From positions 23,377,217-23,441,216 of the forward strand of contig NC_057719.1 of assembly GCF_004010195.1 (NCBI RefSeq): a stretch of 64,000 nucleotides of DNA, written 5' to 3'. This DNA comes from Chiloscyllium plagiosum (taxonomy: Eukaryota). Numbering within the stretch: the stretch's first letter is position 1; each line of letters starts with the position of its first letter. The notes below the pieces were generated by a model. It worked only from the letters and a program-made list of their open reading frames with translations, was not told the DNA's origin and searched no databases. Position numbers and translations under genes: made by a program. Shown here piece after piece: positions 39,481 through 51,489 of this stretch.

Positions 39481-41471
39481 CAGTTTTTGAAAGTTCTTGC
39501 CTGATACCGTCAAAATTAGCCTTCCTCGAATTTAGAACTTCAACATTTAGATTTAGTCTAAATCAGGGAGATTTGCTAGAGCTGCTCGGGAGGATTTAAA
39601 CTAGTTGGGGCAGGGGGTGGTGGGGGAGTAGGGGAGAGACCCAGGGAGATACTGAGGAAAGAGATCAATCTGAGATTGATACAGTTGGGAAAAGGAGCGA
39701 GTCAAACAGTTAGAGCAGGCAGGGACAAAGCAGACAACAAGGTAGGACTGAGAATTTAAACCCCATTTACTTCAATGCAAGAGGTCAAACAGGAAAGGCA
39801 GATGAACTCAGCTCATGGTTAGAAACATGGGACTGGGACATTGTAGCAATTACAGAAACATGGCTCAGGGATGAACAGTACTGGCAGCTTAATGTTCCAC
39901 GATGCAAATGCTGCAGGAATGATAGAAAGGGATGCAAGAGAGAAGGGGGAATCGTGGTTTTGATAAGGGATAGCATTACTGCTGTACTGAGGGAGGATGT
40001 TCTTGGGAATACAAGGAAGTTAGATGGGTGGAACTGAGAAATGAGAAAGGGATGGTCACCTTATTGGGATTGTATTATAGACCCCCCTAATAGTCAGCGG
40101 AAAATTGAAATCTCCTCACAAATTAGTTTCTCAGTGATCTGTAAGAATAAAAGGGTGTTTATGGTAGGGGATTTTAACTTTCTAAACATAGACTGGGCTG
40201 CCATAGTGTTAAGAGTTTAGATGGCAAGGAATTTGTTAAGTGCATACAAGAACATTTTCTGCTTCAATATGTGGATGTACCTACTAGAGAAGTGCAAAAC
40301 TTGACCTACTCTTGGGAAATAAGGCAGGGCAGGTGACTGAGGTGTCAGTGGGGGGGCACTTTGAGGCCAACAACCATAATTCTTTTAGTTTTAAAATAGT
40401 GATTGAAAAGGTAAGACTAAATCTAAATGTTGAAGTTCTAAATTCGAGGAAGACTAATTTTGACGGTATCAGGCAAGAACTTTCAAAAACTGATTGGGTG
40501 CAGATATTTGCAGGTAAAGGGATGTCTGGAAAATGGGAACCCTTCAGAAATTTGTGATGACGAGAGCCCAGAGAGAGTATATTCCTGTTAGGATGAAAGG
40601 AAAGGTTGGTAGGTGTACGGAATGCTGGATGATGAGAGAAATTGAGGTTTTGGTTAAGAAAAAGATGGTCGTACATGTCAGGTATAGACAGGAGAGATGG
40701 AAAGAATCCTTAGAAGAGTATAAAGGCAGTAGGAGTCTACTTAAGAGGGAAATCAGGAGGCCAAAAAGGGGACATGAGATAACTTTGGCAAATAGGGTTA
40801 AAGAGAATCCAAAGGGTTTTTATAAATACGTTAAGGACAAAGGGGTAACTAGAGAGAGAATAAGGTCCCTCAAAGATCAGCAAGGCAACCTTTGTGTGGA
40901 GCCACAGGAGATGGGGAAGATACTAAACAAATATTTTGCATCAGTTTTTACTGTGGAGAAGAACATGGAAGATACAGAATGTGAGGACATAGATGATGAC
41001 ATCTTGAAAAATGTCCATATTACAGAGGAGGATGTGCTGGATGTCTTGAAATGCATAAGAGAGGATAAATCCTCAGGACCTGATCAGGTGTACCCTAGAA
41101 CTCTATGGGAAGCTAGAGAAGTGATTGCTGGACCCCTTGCTGAGAACTTTGTATCATCAATAGTCACAGGTGAGGTGCTGGAAGACTGGAGATTGGCTAA
41201 TGTGGTGCCACTATTTAAGAAAGATGGTAAGGAAAAGTCATGGAACTATAGACTAGTGATCCTGACATCGGTGGTGGGCAAATTGTTGGAGGAAATACTG
41301 AGATATAGGATTTAAATGTATTTGGAAAGGTAAGGACTGATTACGGATAGTCAGCACGACTTTGTGCGTGGGAAATCATGTCTCATGAACTTTATTGAGT
41401 TTTTGAAGAAATAACAAAAGGATTGATAAGGGCAGAGTGGTGGACATGATCTATATGGACTTCAATAAGGC

Positions 41472-41556
41472 AAGGGCCTGTGCCCGAAACGTCGAATCTC
41501 CTGTTCCCTGGATGCTGCCTGACCTGCTGTGCTGTTCCAGCAATAAAGTTTCAACA
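41472..41556 (+). mobile_element. Penelope-derived fragment inserted in CR1 RT
   Basis: AAGGGCCTGTGCCCGAAACGTCG...GGATGCTGCCTGACCTGCTG interrupting MDFNKA/FDK. Confidence 0.78.
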
Positions 41557-42621
41557 TTTGACAAGGCAGGCTAGTTAGCAAGGTTAGATCTCATGGAATA
41601 CAGGGAGAACTAGACATTTGAATACAGAACTGGCTTGAAGGTAGAAGACAGAGGGTGGTGGTAGAGGGTTGCTTTTTAGGCTGGAGGCCTGTGACCAATG
41701 GAGTGCCACAAGGATCAGTGCTGAGTCCACTACTTTTCGTCATTTAAATAAATGATTTGGATGTGAACATAGGAGGTATAGTTAATAAGTTTGCAGATGA
41801 CACTAACATTGGAGGTGTAGTGGACAGTGAGTTACCTCAGAATACAATGGGAACTTGATCAGATGGGCCAATGGGCTGAGGAGTGGCAGATGGAGTTTAA
41901 TTTAGATAAATGTGAGGTGTTTTATTGTGGAAAAGCAAAGCAGAGCAGGAGTTATACACTTAATGGTAAGGTCCTAGGGAGTGTTGCTGAACAAAGAGAC
42001 CTTGGAGTGCAGATTCATAGTTCCTTGAAAGTAGAGAGGATAGTGAAGAAGACGTTTGGTATGCTATTCTTTTATTGGTCAGAGCACTGAATATCGGAGT
42101 TGGGGGGTCACGTTGCGTCTCTACAGAACATTGGTTGGTCACATTTGGAATATTGCACGGAGTTCTGGTCTCCTTCCTATCGGAAGGATGTTGTGAAAGT
42201 TGAAAGGGTTCAGAAAAGATTTACAAGGATGTTGCCAGGATTGGAGGATTTGAACTATACAGAGAGGTTGAATAGGCGAGGGCTGTTTTCCCTGGAACGT
42301 CACAGACTGAGGGGTGACCTTACAAAAGTTTATAACATCATGACAGGCATGGGTATGGTAAATAAACAAGATCTTTTCCCTGGGGTGGAGGTGTGCAGAA
42401 CTAGAGGGCATAGGTTTAAGGTGAGAGGGCAAAGATATAAAAGGGACCTAAGGGGCAACATTTTCATGCAGAGAGTGGTGCATGCACGGAATGAGCTGCC
42501 AGAGACTGTGGTGGAGGCTGGTACAATTGCAGCATTTAAAAGGCATCTGAATGGGAATATGAACAGGAAGGGTTTAGAGGGATGTGGGCCAAGTGCTGGC
42601 AAATGGGACTAGATTAGGTTA

Positions 42622-42720
42622 TGAATTGGAGATTTGAACAACCACCTGATGAAGGAGCAGCACTCGAAAGCTAGTGTTTCCAATAAACCTGTTGGACTAT
42701 AACCTGGTGTGTATGATTTT
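42622..42720 (+). mobile_element. Second Penelope pseudo-LTR family fragment with hammerhead-like motif, inserted in CR1 3' UTR
   Basis: CTGATGAAGGAGCAGCACTCGAAAGCTAG..AATAAA; flanked by TAGATTAGGTT / TAGATTGGGTT. Confidence 0.72.
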
Positions 42721-44688
42721 TAGATTGGGTTGGGATATCTGCTTGGCCTGGAGGAGTTGGACCGAAGGGTCAGTTTCTGTTTTGTACATCTCTATGACTC
42801 TATTTCTTGGGAGGATGAAACTCTCATTGCACAGGCTAGGGAGGGATAATAAAAGAACAGAGGTATGTGTGAAGGTCAAAGTAGCTAACATCAGTAAATG
42901 ATGTTAAAGGTAGGTTTTCACATTAAGGTTTAAACAATGAATGTATATTACGTATCGGACATTTGGTAACAATCAATTAAATCTTCCCAGCCCTTGAGTA
43001 GCTTGGGCAATAGTGAGAAATTTGGGAGAATGTGGAAAGAATAAATAGAAGAGTTTCCCAACATCAAGAAAAGAAACACAACTTTCCTCTTAAGTTTCAA
43101 CAACCAGAGTAGAATCTCGCTACCCGCGAGGTGCCTACTTGAATGCATTGCCATTTCATTATTAGCTAATCTGGCCCAATTTCTGTGTAGTTCACAATCC
43201 TAGACCATCTTCAATGTCTGAATGGTTCCCTGGTGATTGCAGCTCTCTAAAGTCCTCCCTAGGCTGAATGATGACCATCATTCCTCAACATCTCCAGCAC
43301 GCTCAATAACTGCCTTCACCCTCCGACCACAGAAGTTGGCATTGGCAAAACACCAGCCTCCCACATCATCGTGGCCAAACCTGGAGTACCTCAGAACACA
43401 CTTTACTCCTTCGCCATTACTTTTTGGAACTCATCAACACCTTTGCATTGCAATGCTTATGCCAGACTTTGCACACCCATCACAGGTTTCTGTGCAAGAT
43501 GCATATTAGGGATTTAGCTTCATATTGTTGTTTTCATTCACTTTATGTTTATTTTGAAACTGTATTTTTACCTTGCCTTGTCCATTGCCAGTACATTCAG
43601 AATGTACAACCTTACAGCTTATCTGCCTCGTTGTGCCTTGTCATACAGAAAGAAAACCAAGCAAAGGAGTGGGCATGTTGTTGCATGGCACCATCCTATG
43701 TCAATGTCACACGTACTGCATGTGCCAGCAACCTGCATGGCAAACACACCGAAAGTTCATTAACCAAATGGCCATGCCTGACAGTCTAAGGGGACATCTT
43801 TAATAAGCTGTAGGGGACAGTCACAAAGTGCTTAACCTGATCCTACAACCAAAATAATAATCAATGAAAACAGTGAGGATTGAAAACGGATATATTTAAA
43901 GAGCAGGAATTATAATTGCAATGCATGTCTATGCTAGCTATATTTTTCCTTGCCCTTTCACTTCGCCTATAAGCAGCCCCAGAGTCTGCAGCTTGGATGG
44001 ATGGAGTGTGCTCTGTAGTCCAGTGTTGGCCCGAATGATTTGGTCAGAGGACTAAGGGGTCAATGAGACCACACATAGTGAGAGAAGAAGAATAAAGAGC
44101 TTTTTGTGTACGTGGCTTTATACACTGTAACTTGCCAATTTCATTTTCCTCTGATGGCAAGGGCTGAATCTTACTATAATTTGACAAAGTGTCATTTCCG
44201 CTGAGTTTCATGAAGAGTTTCTTCCCATGATGCCAAGCAATTTGTCTTGCACTATTATTCCAACCACATCTCATAATCTACCAATCATGTTCCTATGGCA
44301 CCCCTCTAGTTCAATGCTAGCCCAATGCTTCCACTTGGTATATATAGGCTATGAGACTCACGTATTATGCTGCCAACATACCAATATCCCTGGCATCATC
44401 ACTGTAAATAAGTTCTCACATTTGTAAATTCACATTCTCTTTTCACAATCATCTGGGTGAGTGATCCTCTGTTCAGCTTAAAACTGCAGCATGTCAAGTA
44501 CAGAACCCACCCATCATTAGTGCTGCCTGATGGTCTCTGGTCCAAGGTGTGATGCATGCTGTTCCTACACCAAATGTAGGTAATCGCTAAATCACAGGAC
44601 ACTGCTATTCTTACAGCTCCTAGGATCAATATTTCAGATGGACAAACATTGTAATTACATCCCACAAATTAGTGAGATTCCGTTGTTA

Positions 44689-44737
44689 TTAGATTAGATT
44701 AGATTAGATTAGATTAGATTACTTACAGTGTGGAAAC
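44689..44737 (-). repeat. Isolated HE1-like SINE tail (TTAGA)n
   Basis: (ATTAG)n TTACTTACAGTGTGGAAACA; a similar plus-strand tail lies at 47107-47153. Confidence 0.75.
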
Positions 44738-44867
44738 ACACAATCTTGCACAATATCTTGCACAATATGGTCAGGAATGCTTGGGGTAAGGATTTGAACT
44801 GTACACACCAGGCCAATGACTCACAAAGAATGTCATGCTCACAGCTTTGGTGTGTGGATATCTGTTT

Positions 44868-45087
44868 CGAGAGTGTAGTGCTGGGAAAGCACAGTAGGTC
44901 AGGCAGCATCCATGGAGCAGGAGAATCGACGTTTCAGGCAAATGTTTTTCATCAGCCCTTCCTGATGAAGGGCTTTTGCCCAAAACATTGATTCTCCTGC
45001 TCTTTGGATACTACTTGACCTGCTGTGCTTTTCCAGTACCACACTCTTGACTCTGATCTCCACCATCTGCAGTCCTCACTTTCTCCC
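44868..45087. mobile_element. Palindromic Penelope-derived element
   Basis: Inverted arms, CTGATGAAGGGCTTTTGCCCAAAAC; imperfect TSD TGTGTGGATATCT / TGTATGGATGTCT. Confidence 0.8.
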
Positions 45088-45369
45088 TGTATGGATGTCT
45101 CTGCCTGATGGTCTTGCCCTTTGATAGGTATCACATCATTCAGACTTGCAGCCCCTCCCTCACAGAATGAAGCACTTACCCTGACCCCTCTGCCTGTGGG
45201 CACAACCATTTTCATCTCCTCTGTGAACTTGTTCTTGATGGGAAAATGGCAGTCTCAGGCTGCAACTTTCTGTGTTCAGGAACCCCTAAGCATAAACATC
45301 CCCTTTCTGGAAACCTTCCATGCCAATGACATCTGCTTTGCTCTTCTCCAAAGAGCAAAGCCTATGAAG

Positions 45370-46190
45370 AGCATCAAATTCTAAAGAGTGACAATAACTG
45401 ACAACCTGTCCTGGACTTCCCATGTAGACACATGGTCAAGACGACACAACAATGCCTCTTCTTCCTCAGGTGAATCAAGAAATTTGGCATGTCCATAAGG
45501 ACCCTCACCACCTTCTACATTTCTGCTTGATGCACCATTGAAAGCATACTGTCTGGATGCATAACAGACTGGTAGTAGTTACTGCTCTGCCCAGGACTAT
45601 AAGAAATTACAGAAGGTGGTGTGCACAGCCCAAACCATCATAGAAGCCAACCTTCCACTCATGGTCTCCATTTACATGGCTTGTTGCCATGGAAAGGCTG
45701 CCAACATCATCAAAGACCCATCCCACCCCGTTAATGCTCGTGTACAATCTCCTCTGTCAGGCAGAAGATACAGAAGGAGAAAGTGAGGTCTGCAGATGCT
45801 GGAGATCAGAGCTGAAAATGTGTTGCTGGAAAAGCGCAGCAGGTCAGGCAGCATCCAGGGAACAGGAGAATCGACGTTTCGGGCATAAGCCCTTCTTCAG
45901 GAAGATACAGAAGGTTGAACACATGTACCAGCAGGTTCAGGAAAAGCTTCTTCCCTGCCATTATTAGACTGATGAATGGACTCTCTAATTTCAATTAATG
46001 TTGATCTTGTTAATGTTGATCATGCCTAACACATGCCCTATGGGACATACCCTGTATGCCTCTGTCTAAGTTTTTATACACCCTATAATCTGTATATTGT
46101 TGCTTACTGTGGTCTGTTTGTACTGCTTGTAAACAAAGCTTTTCACTGTACTTCGATACACGTGAAAATAAATCAAATAATCAATCAGTT
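45370..46190 (+). mobile_element. Rex1/Babar-like LINE 3' fragment
   Basis: Degraded LSWTSH, QQCLFFLR, TIESILSGCIT, KKLQKVV; AAATAAATCAAAT tail; family call is from motif recall. Confidence 0.7.
45776..45902 (-). mobile_element. Single-arm Penelope-derived element with hammerhead-like motif
   Basis: TSD GAAGATACAGAAGG (45764-45777, 45901-45914); minus strand CTGAAGAAGGGCTTATGCCCGAAACGTC. Confidence 0.85.
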
Positions 46191-46779
46191 CCTGGTGATA
46201 GAAAATATAGAATAAAGTTTCAGAACAATGACATATTTTAACAGTGTCCCAACACGTATACACACAGCCACAGATGATTTGAGATTTTTCTGCTAGGCTC
46301 CCTTTGGGTGCAGTGGTTGTGTGGGGGATAGGAAAGAAAAGCAAAACAACAAACAGGAGATTCAGAGAGTCACCTCACCCTAGGAATCCTTAAAAAAAGC
46401 TTAACATCCCATAAATACATTCTTGGCAGAGGCAAATTCAGTAAAACAGATTGTCTCAAGTGTAACATTCATCTAGTTCAGGAGGAAAGAATATCAGGAG
46501 AAAATTGTGAGAGAAAATTCAAGTGTTTTGCTGTAGCAGGGAGAAATGTATAGCGCTTCCAAACCCCAACAGCTATTGAAAGTTAAACTAAAATCCTGGT
46601 TCTGTGGGAGCTTGACCTTCCCCGTTCATGTTGTTTTTCTTGTTCCAACTTCAAAAATAAACAAACCTAACTGGGCTCAGAGCAGACAGCTCATCTTCAA
46701 GTTTACAACACTGGCTTTCGAAAGAAACATGACAGAACAAATCCTTCTTATAAGTACATCTCGTAACAGCAATAGACAG

Positions 46780-47330
46780 GGAGGAAGGTGTTCATGTTTT
46801 GAAATTGTTAGCCCCTCGATGTTGAGCTCTGAAGGGATGAGGTGTTGTTCTTTCAGCTTGCATTGAGCTTCACTGGAGCATAGCAGTCAGCCTGAGACTG
46901 AAATCTTAGACAGAGGCATACAGGTTATATCCCAAGCAGGGGATGAGGTGTTGTTCTTCCAGCTTGTATTGAACTTCACTGGAGCACAGAATTCAGCCAG
47001 AGACTGAAATCTTGTCCAAGAAACACATTGGAGTGTTGAAGTGCCAGGCTGCTGCAAGTTTTATGGCTTGAGTGTGCATATTCTGCGAAGCAGTCACCCA
47101 TCTACAAGGGCCTGTTTCCACACTGTAAGTAATCTAATCTCATCTAATCTAATAAAATATAAAGGAGAACAGATTTTGAGCAGTAACTACACTAGACTAG
47201 ATTGATTGAAGTGCAAGTAAATTGCTGCTCCACCTGGAAGATGTGTCTCGGGGCCTGAATAGTGAGAAGGAAGGAGCTAAACGAGAAAGTGATACAACTC
47301 TTGTGATTGCATGGTATGGTCCCATGATGG
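46780..47330 (-). mobile_element. Degraded Penelope GIY-YIG fragments with local duplication and SINE tail insert
   Basis: GATGAGGTGTTGTTCTT..AGCTTG block twice (46836, 46942), homologous to 19848; SINE tail at 47107. Confidence 0.6.
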
Positions 47331-48839
47331 TGTGGGGAGATGTTGGGAGTGGACTGCGGTGTCCCAGAAGCAACAGTCCCTGACTGAATACCTCAGTATC
47401 AATATCCTGGGGGTTACCATTCCCCATAAATTGAACCAAACCAGCCATATATTTCACCCAGTCTTAATGATGAAGATATATATACACCTAATAAACATTG
47501 TAATTTTATGACTGCTTCTGAATGTAAGGCAAAGTTTGGATTCAATGAAACCTAAAATGTTAACAGTGCATTTTCATTAAAATAAGGTATTAGAACTCAT
47601 TTGAATCAAAATCACATAAGTGTTAAGCATTTTCTGCTTTTTTAGAGCAGATTGGCTTTGATCATTGGCTCCCTGTTTTCTGCTTCAAGTTCAGTTGCAG
47701 TAGATGTCTACTGTTCATGGTCTCTCCACAGTCACCCCTGTAGATGACTAAAAATATGGTCAGCACTTCTAACAAGGCAGAATGAATTGTGAGATGTAGA
47801 TTAGAAATGTACTCAAGAGACCATTTTTTTAAACAATGTTCCTCTGAAAGTGTGCACCTTGGCAACATACAAGATAATAATGAATGACTGTAATTGAATA
47901 CTCATACATTATGAATGGAAGAAAAATGCTGGTTGCAGTAATTGTATAACCTGTATATTGTATAATGCATTACAGAATTTAATGGCCCAGGCAGATGAAT
48001 TAGTTTGCAGTAACTGCACTTCTTGAAGAAAGAAAGCTAGAATGATCATACCCTATACTTATTATACTTGCTGAAGAATGAAAACCAGGGTATGAATACC
48101 TGAATTGCTAACTTGTTAACTCATCTGGCTTGTACGATAATGTTCAGCCATCATGTATGATGATGCATATTCATGGGTAAGTCAACTGAGTGAATTAAGG
48201 CATGAATTAATGGTTATACTGGATTAAGACATGCTATTAAGTGCCCGAGGTTGCTATCTAAAGCTGGAGGAAACTTTAACTCTGCTTTCTATTCAGAGAT
48301 GCTTCCATACCTGCTGTATCTCTCCAATAATTTTGTTTTTTGTTGCAGATTTCCAGCATCTGTAGTTTTCTGTTTATTTTTTGTTGCTAATTGACTATAA
48401 CTATTTGTCAATGGGAGAAACCAAGCAACCTGTTTTAAGTAACTTATGTTCTGCAAAGATATGGGCAAAGAGTCAAATTAAAATAAAACTAGTTTTTGAG
48501 GGATACCATGTATCTGATGCCTATGCTCTCAGAGCCAGGCTGATTGGTGTGAGTGGACAAACAGTAGCATATTATTGTGTGGAGTGATGTCGTTGCTTGT
48601 CCTTTAAAACTGGTTTTAGTTTCAATGACCATTTAAAATGAAATTTACCTTTTTACTTAAAGCACGCTTTGCCCATTAAGTCATGTTTAGTTTGCATTGG
48701 TTCTGATTTATGTTAAAGTACAAATTCCAAAAGTGGAATTTCATTGGTAATATCTTCATTTGGATTTCCTTCAATTAATTTGGTTATTTTGTTTATAGTT
48801 CCCTAGTTGTGATCACATTAGAGTTGGAGGTCACACAGG

Positions 48840-50400
48840 GTTAGACAGCATCCATGGAGAGAGAGAAAGGTAACATTTCGAGGCTAGATTACTCTTCAAC
48901 AGAGCTGAAGTGAAGTGTGGAGGGGGCAACATTTATGCAATAGTTTAGGAGAGATGACTGGGGGTAGTGGTTGGGGGTGCTGGTGGAGAAAAGCTGTCGA
49001 TAGTTGAGATTAAGCGGTGGTAATGTGAGAATGGCAGGACAATGGTGTGTCTCCTGTCAGACTTGAAAGGACAGACAGTCCTACTGGGGTGGGGGAGGGA
49101 AGAAAGGACATCATGCCAGAATGTAGCAAGTTAAAAGAAAAGGAAGAAATGGTTGGAAGTGTTGAACTCAAGTGTTGAAGGCAGCAAAGTGCCGAGTCTG
49201 AAGCGGTCACCCAGTCTGTGTTTGGTTTATCCAGTGTAGAATAGGTCACATTGGGTGCAGCAAATACAATATTTAAGATTGGAGGAGGTACAGGTGAAAT
49301 GCTGCTTCAGCTGCAAAGACTGTTTAGGCCCTTGGATAATGAGCAGGGAGGAGGGGAAGGGGGCAGGTGCTGGCGGCTGTGGAATGGGCTAGGGTGTCCC
49401 CGAAGGGGAATGATCCCTACAAAATTCAGACAGGGGAGTGAGGAGAAGATGTGTTTGATGATGACATTTTGCAGGAGTTGTCTAAAATGCTGGAGGATGA
49501 TCCTTTGAATGCAGAGACTAATGGGATGAAAAGTGAGGACAAGGGGGAACCTAATCCTGCTGTTGTGAGTGATGGCAAGGGGCAAGGGTGGAAACATGGG
49601 TGATAGGTCAGATACAGTTGAGGGCCCTGTCAACCACAGTGAGTGGGAAACCACGGTTATGGGAGAAGGAAGCCATGTCAGCAGTATTGTTTTGGAAGGT
49701 GGCATCATCAAAACAGATACGACAGAGAACATGGAGTGTAGGAAGTGTATTGGGAATCATTGACTATCTAGTGGATGGTAGTGGACAGTTTATTCCCCAA
49801 AATAGAGATGAAGAGGTCAAGGAAAGGAAGAGAAATGTCAGAAATAGACTATATGGAAGTTATAGAGAGGTGGAAATTGGAAGCAAAATTAACAATGTTT
49901 TCAAGGTCCAGGTGAAGCATGAAGTCACACCAAAACATTTGTTGATGTACAACAAAAAGCATTGTGGGAGGGGGCCAGTGTAGGACTGGAACAAGGATTC
50001 TGCCACGTATCCCATAAAGAGGCAAGCATAACTAGGACCCATGTGGGTGCCCGTAGCCACTGCTTTGACCTGGCAGACTGAGATGAATTAAAAGAGAAAT
50101 TGTTCAGTGAGAGAACAAGTTCAGCCAAGTGGGGGAGAGTGGTTCAGATGAGGTGGGGGGGGGGGGGGCAGAATCATGGCCGAGGGGAGGTAGGAAGAAG
50201 TGTCAGAGAGTTGGCATTAAGCCTCCACAAGGTAAAGATCAGTGCACCAGACAACAATGACACCACCTTTGTCAGGGGGTTTGACAACAAAGTTAGGGTT
50301 GGACCTGGGAGCATGAAGTGCGGTAATTTTAGAAGGAGGCAGTTAGTGTAGGTAAGGGGGCAGAGAAATTGCGACAGATGACGTCACGCCAGCAGTTTCA
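48840..50400 (-). mobile_element. Penelope-like element, degraded RT region to pseudo-LTR
   Basis: AELVLSLNNFSFN, GTHMGPSYACLFMG, RFPLVLTFHP (ORFs 49925..50128, 49860..50060, 49307..49732). Confidence 0.85.
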
Positions 50401-50656
50401 ATGAAGTGATTGAGGCCAGAAAGCTTCACCAAGCTAATGCCACAATGTGTCTTTTTCCCCAAGCTCTAGTCTTGCTCAGCTGCATTAAGCAAATATTGTT
50501 TGTGCAATTTTCAATCCCCACTATCAACTGACACTGAACAAGACACACAGTGTCTTCTGAGCCCCCACAGATTAATAGACTTTTCTGGAGTCCTGATTCT
50601 AACAATTAGGTGCCCAATAACTCCTAAAGAGCACAGATCTTATTTTTTTTAAATGT

Positions 50657-50973
50657 GGTGGCACGGTTGCTCAGTGGTTAGCACTGCTGCCTCACAGCAT
50701 CAGGGTCCCAGGTTCAATTCCAGCCTTGGGCGACTGACTGTATGGAGTTTGCACATTCACACCGTGTCTGCGTGGGTTTCCTCCGGGTGCTCCGGTTTCC
50801 TCCCAGAGTCCAAAGATGTGCAGGTCAGGTGATTTGGTCGTGCTAAATTGCCCATACCATTATGAGCGTTAGTCAGAGGGAAATGGATGTGGGGTGGGTT
50901 ACTCTTCAGAGGGATGGTGTGGACTTGTTAGGCTCAAGAGCCTGTTTTCACACTGTAGGTAATCTAATCTAAT
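50657..50973 (+). mobile_element. HE1-like V-SINE
   Basis: A/B boxes, V domain, TAATCTAATCTAAT tail. Confidence 0.88.
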
Positions 50974-50974
50974 G

Positions 50975-51290
50975 TCCTCTCTCCCCACTGCCCCTCCCAG
51001 GGCTACCGTCTGTCCTTTCCAGTCTGGCAGTAGACACACCATTGATCTGCCATTCTCACATTCCCATCACTTAATGTGAACTATCAACACCTTTTGGCCA
51101 CCAGCATCCTACACCAACTACCCCCACACACCCCACTCTAAATTAGAGCAAAAATGCTGTCTCCTCCACACTTTACTTCAGCTCTGATAAAGAGTCATCT
51201 GGCCTTGAAACCTTAGTTTGTTCTCTCTCCATGGATGCTGCCTGACCTGCTGTGAACTCTAGCTCAGATTCCAACATGTGCAGTAATTTG
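50975..51290 (+). mobile_element. Penelope pseudo-LTR copy inverted relative to 48840-49105
   Basis: Reverse-complement similarity; CTGATAAAGAGTCATCTGGCCTTGAAAC motif. Confidence 0.75.
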
Positions 51291-51489
51291 CTCATATATA
51301 TATTAGAATTGATCTTTCTCTGCATCTTCTGTGTTGCTTTGACACTGTATACTGCATCCTGTTCTTTAACTCTGATGTAGTCATGTAAGGTCTGATTTGT
51401 CTGGTTAGCATACAAAACAATATTTTTACTGTATCTCAGTACATGTGACAATAATAAATCAAATCAAACCAAATCAAATTCTTCTATTA

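Larger units (their letters stand above)
37085..42802 (+). mobile_element. Near full-length degraded CR1 LINE (ORF1 esterase-like + ORF2 EN/RT) interrupted by nested insertions
   Basis: ORF1 SGNH-like IVIGD.., VHIGTNDIG (37539..37817), resumes ~39563; EN YFNARG, IVAITETWL, GDFN at 39760-40180; RT 41000-42600; CTATGACTCTAT tail. Confidence 0.88.
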
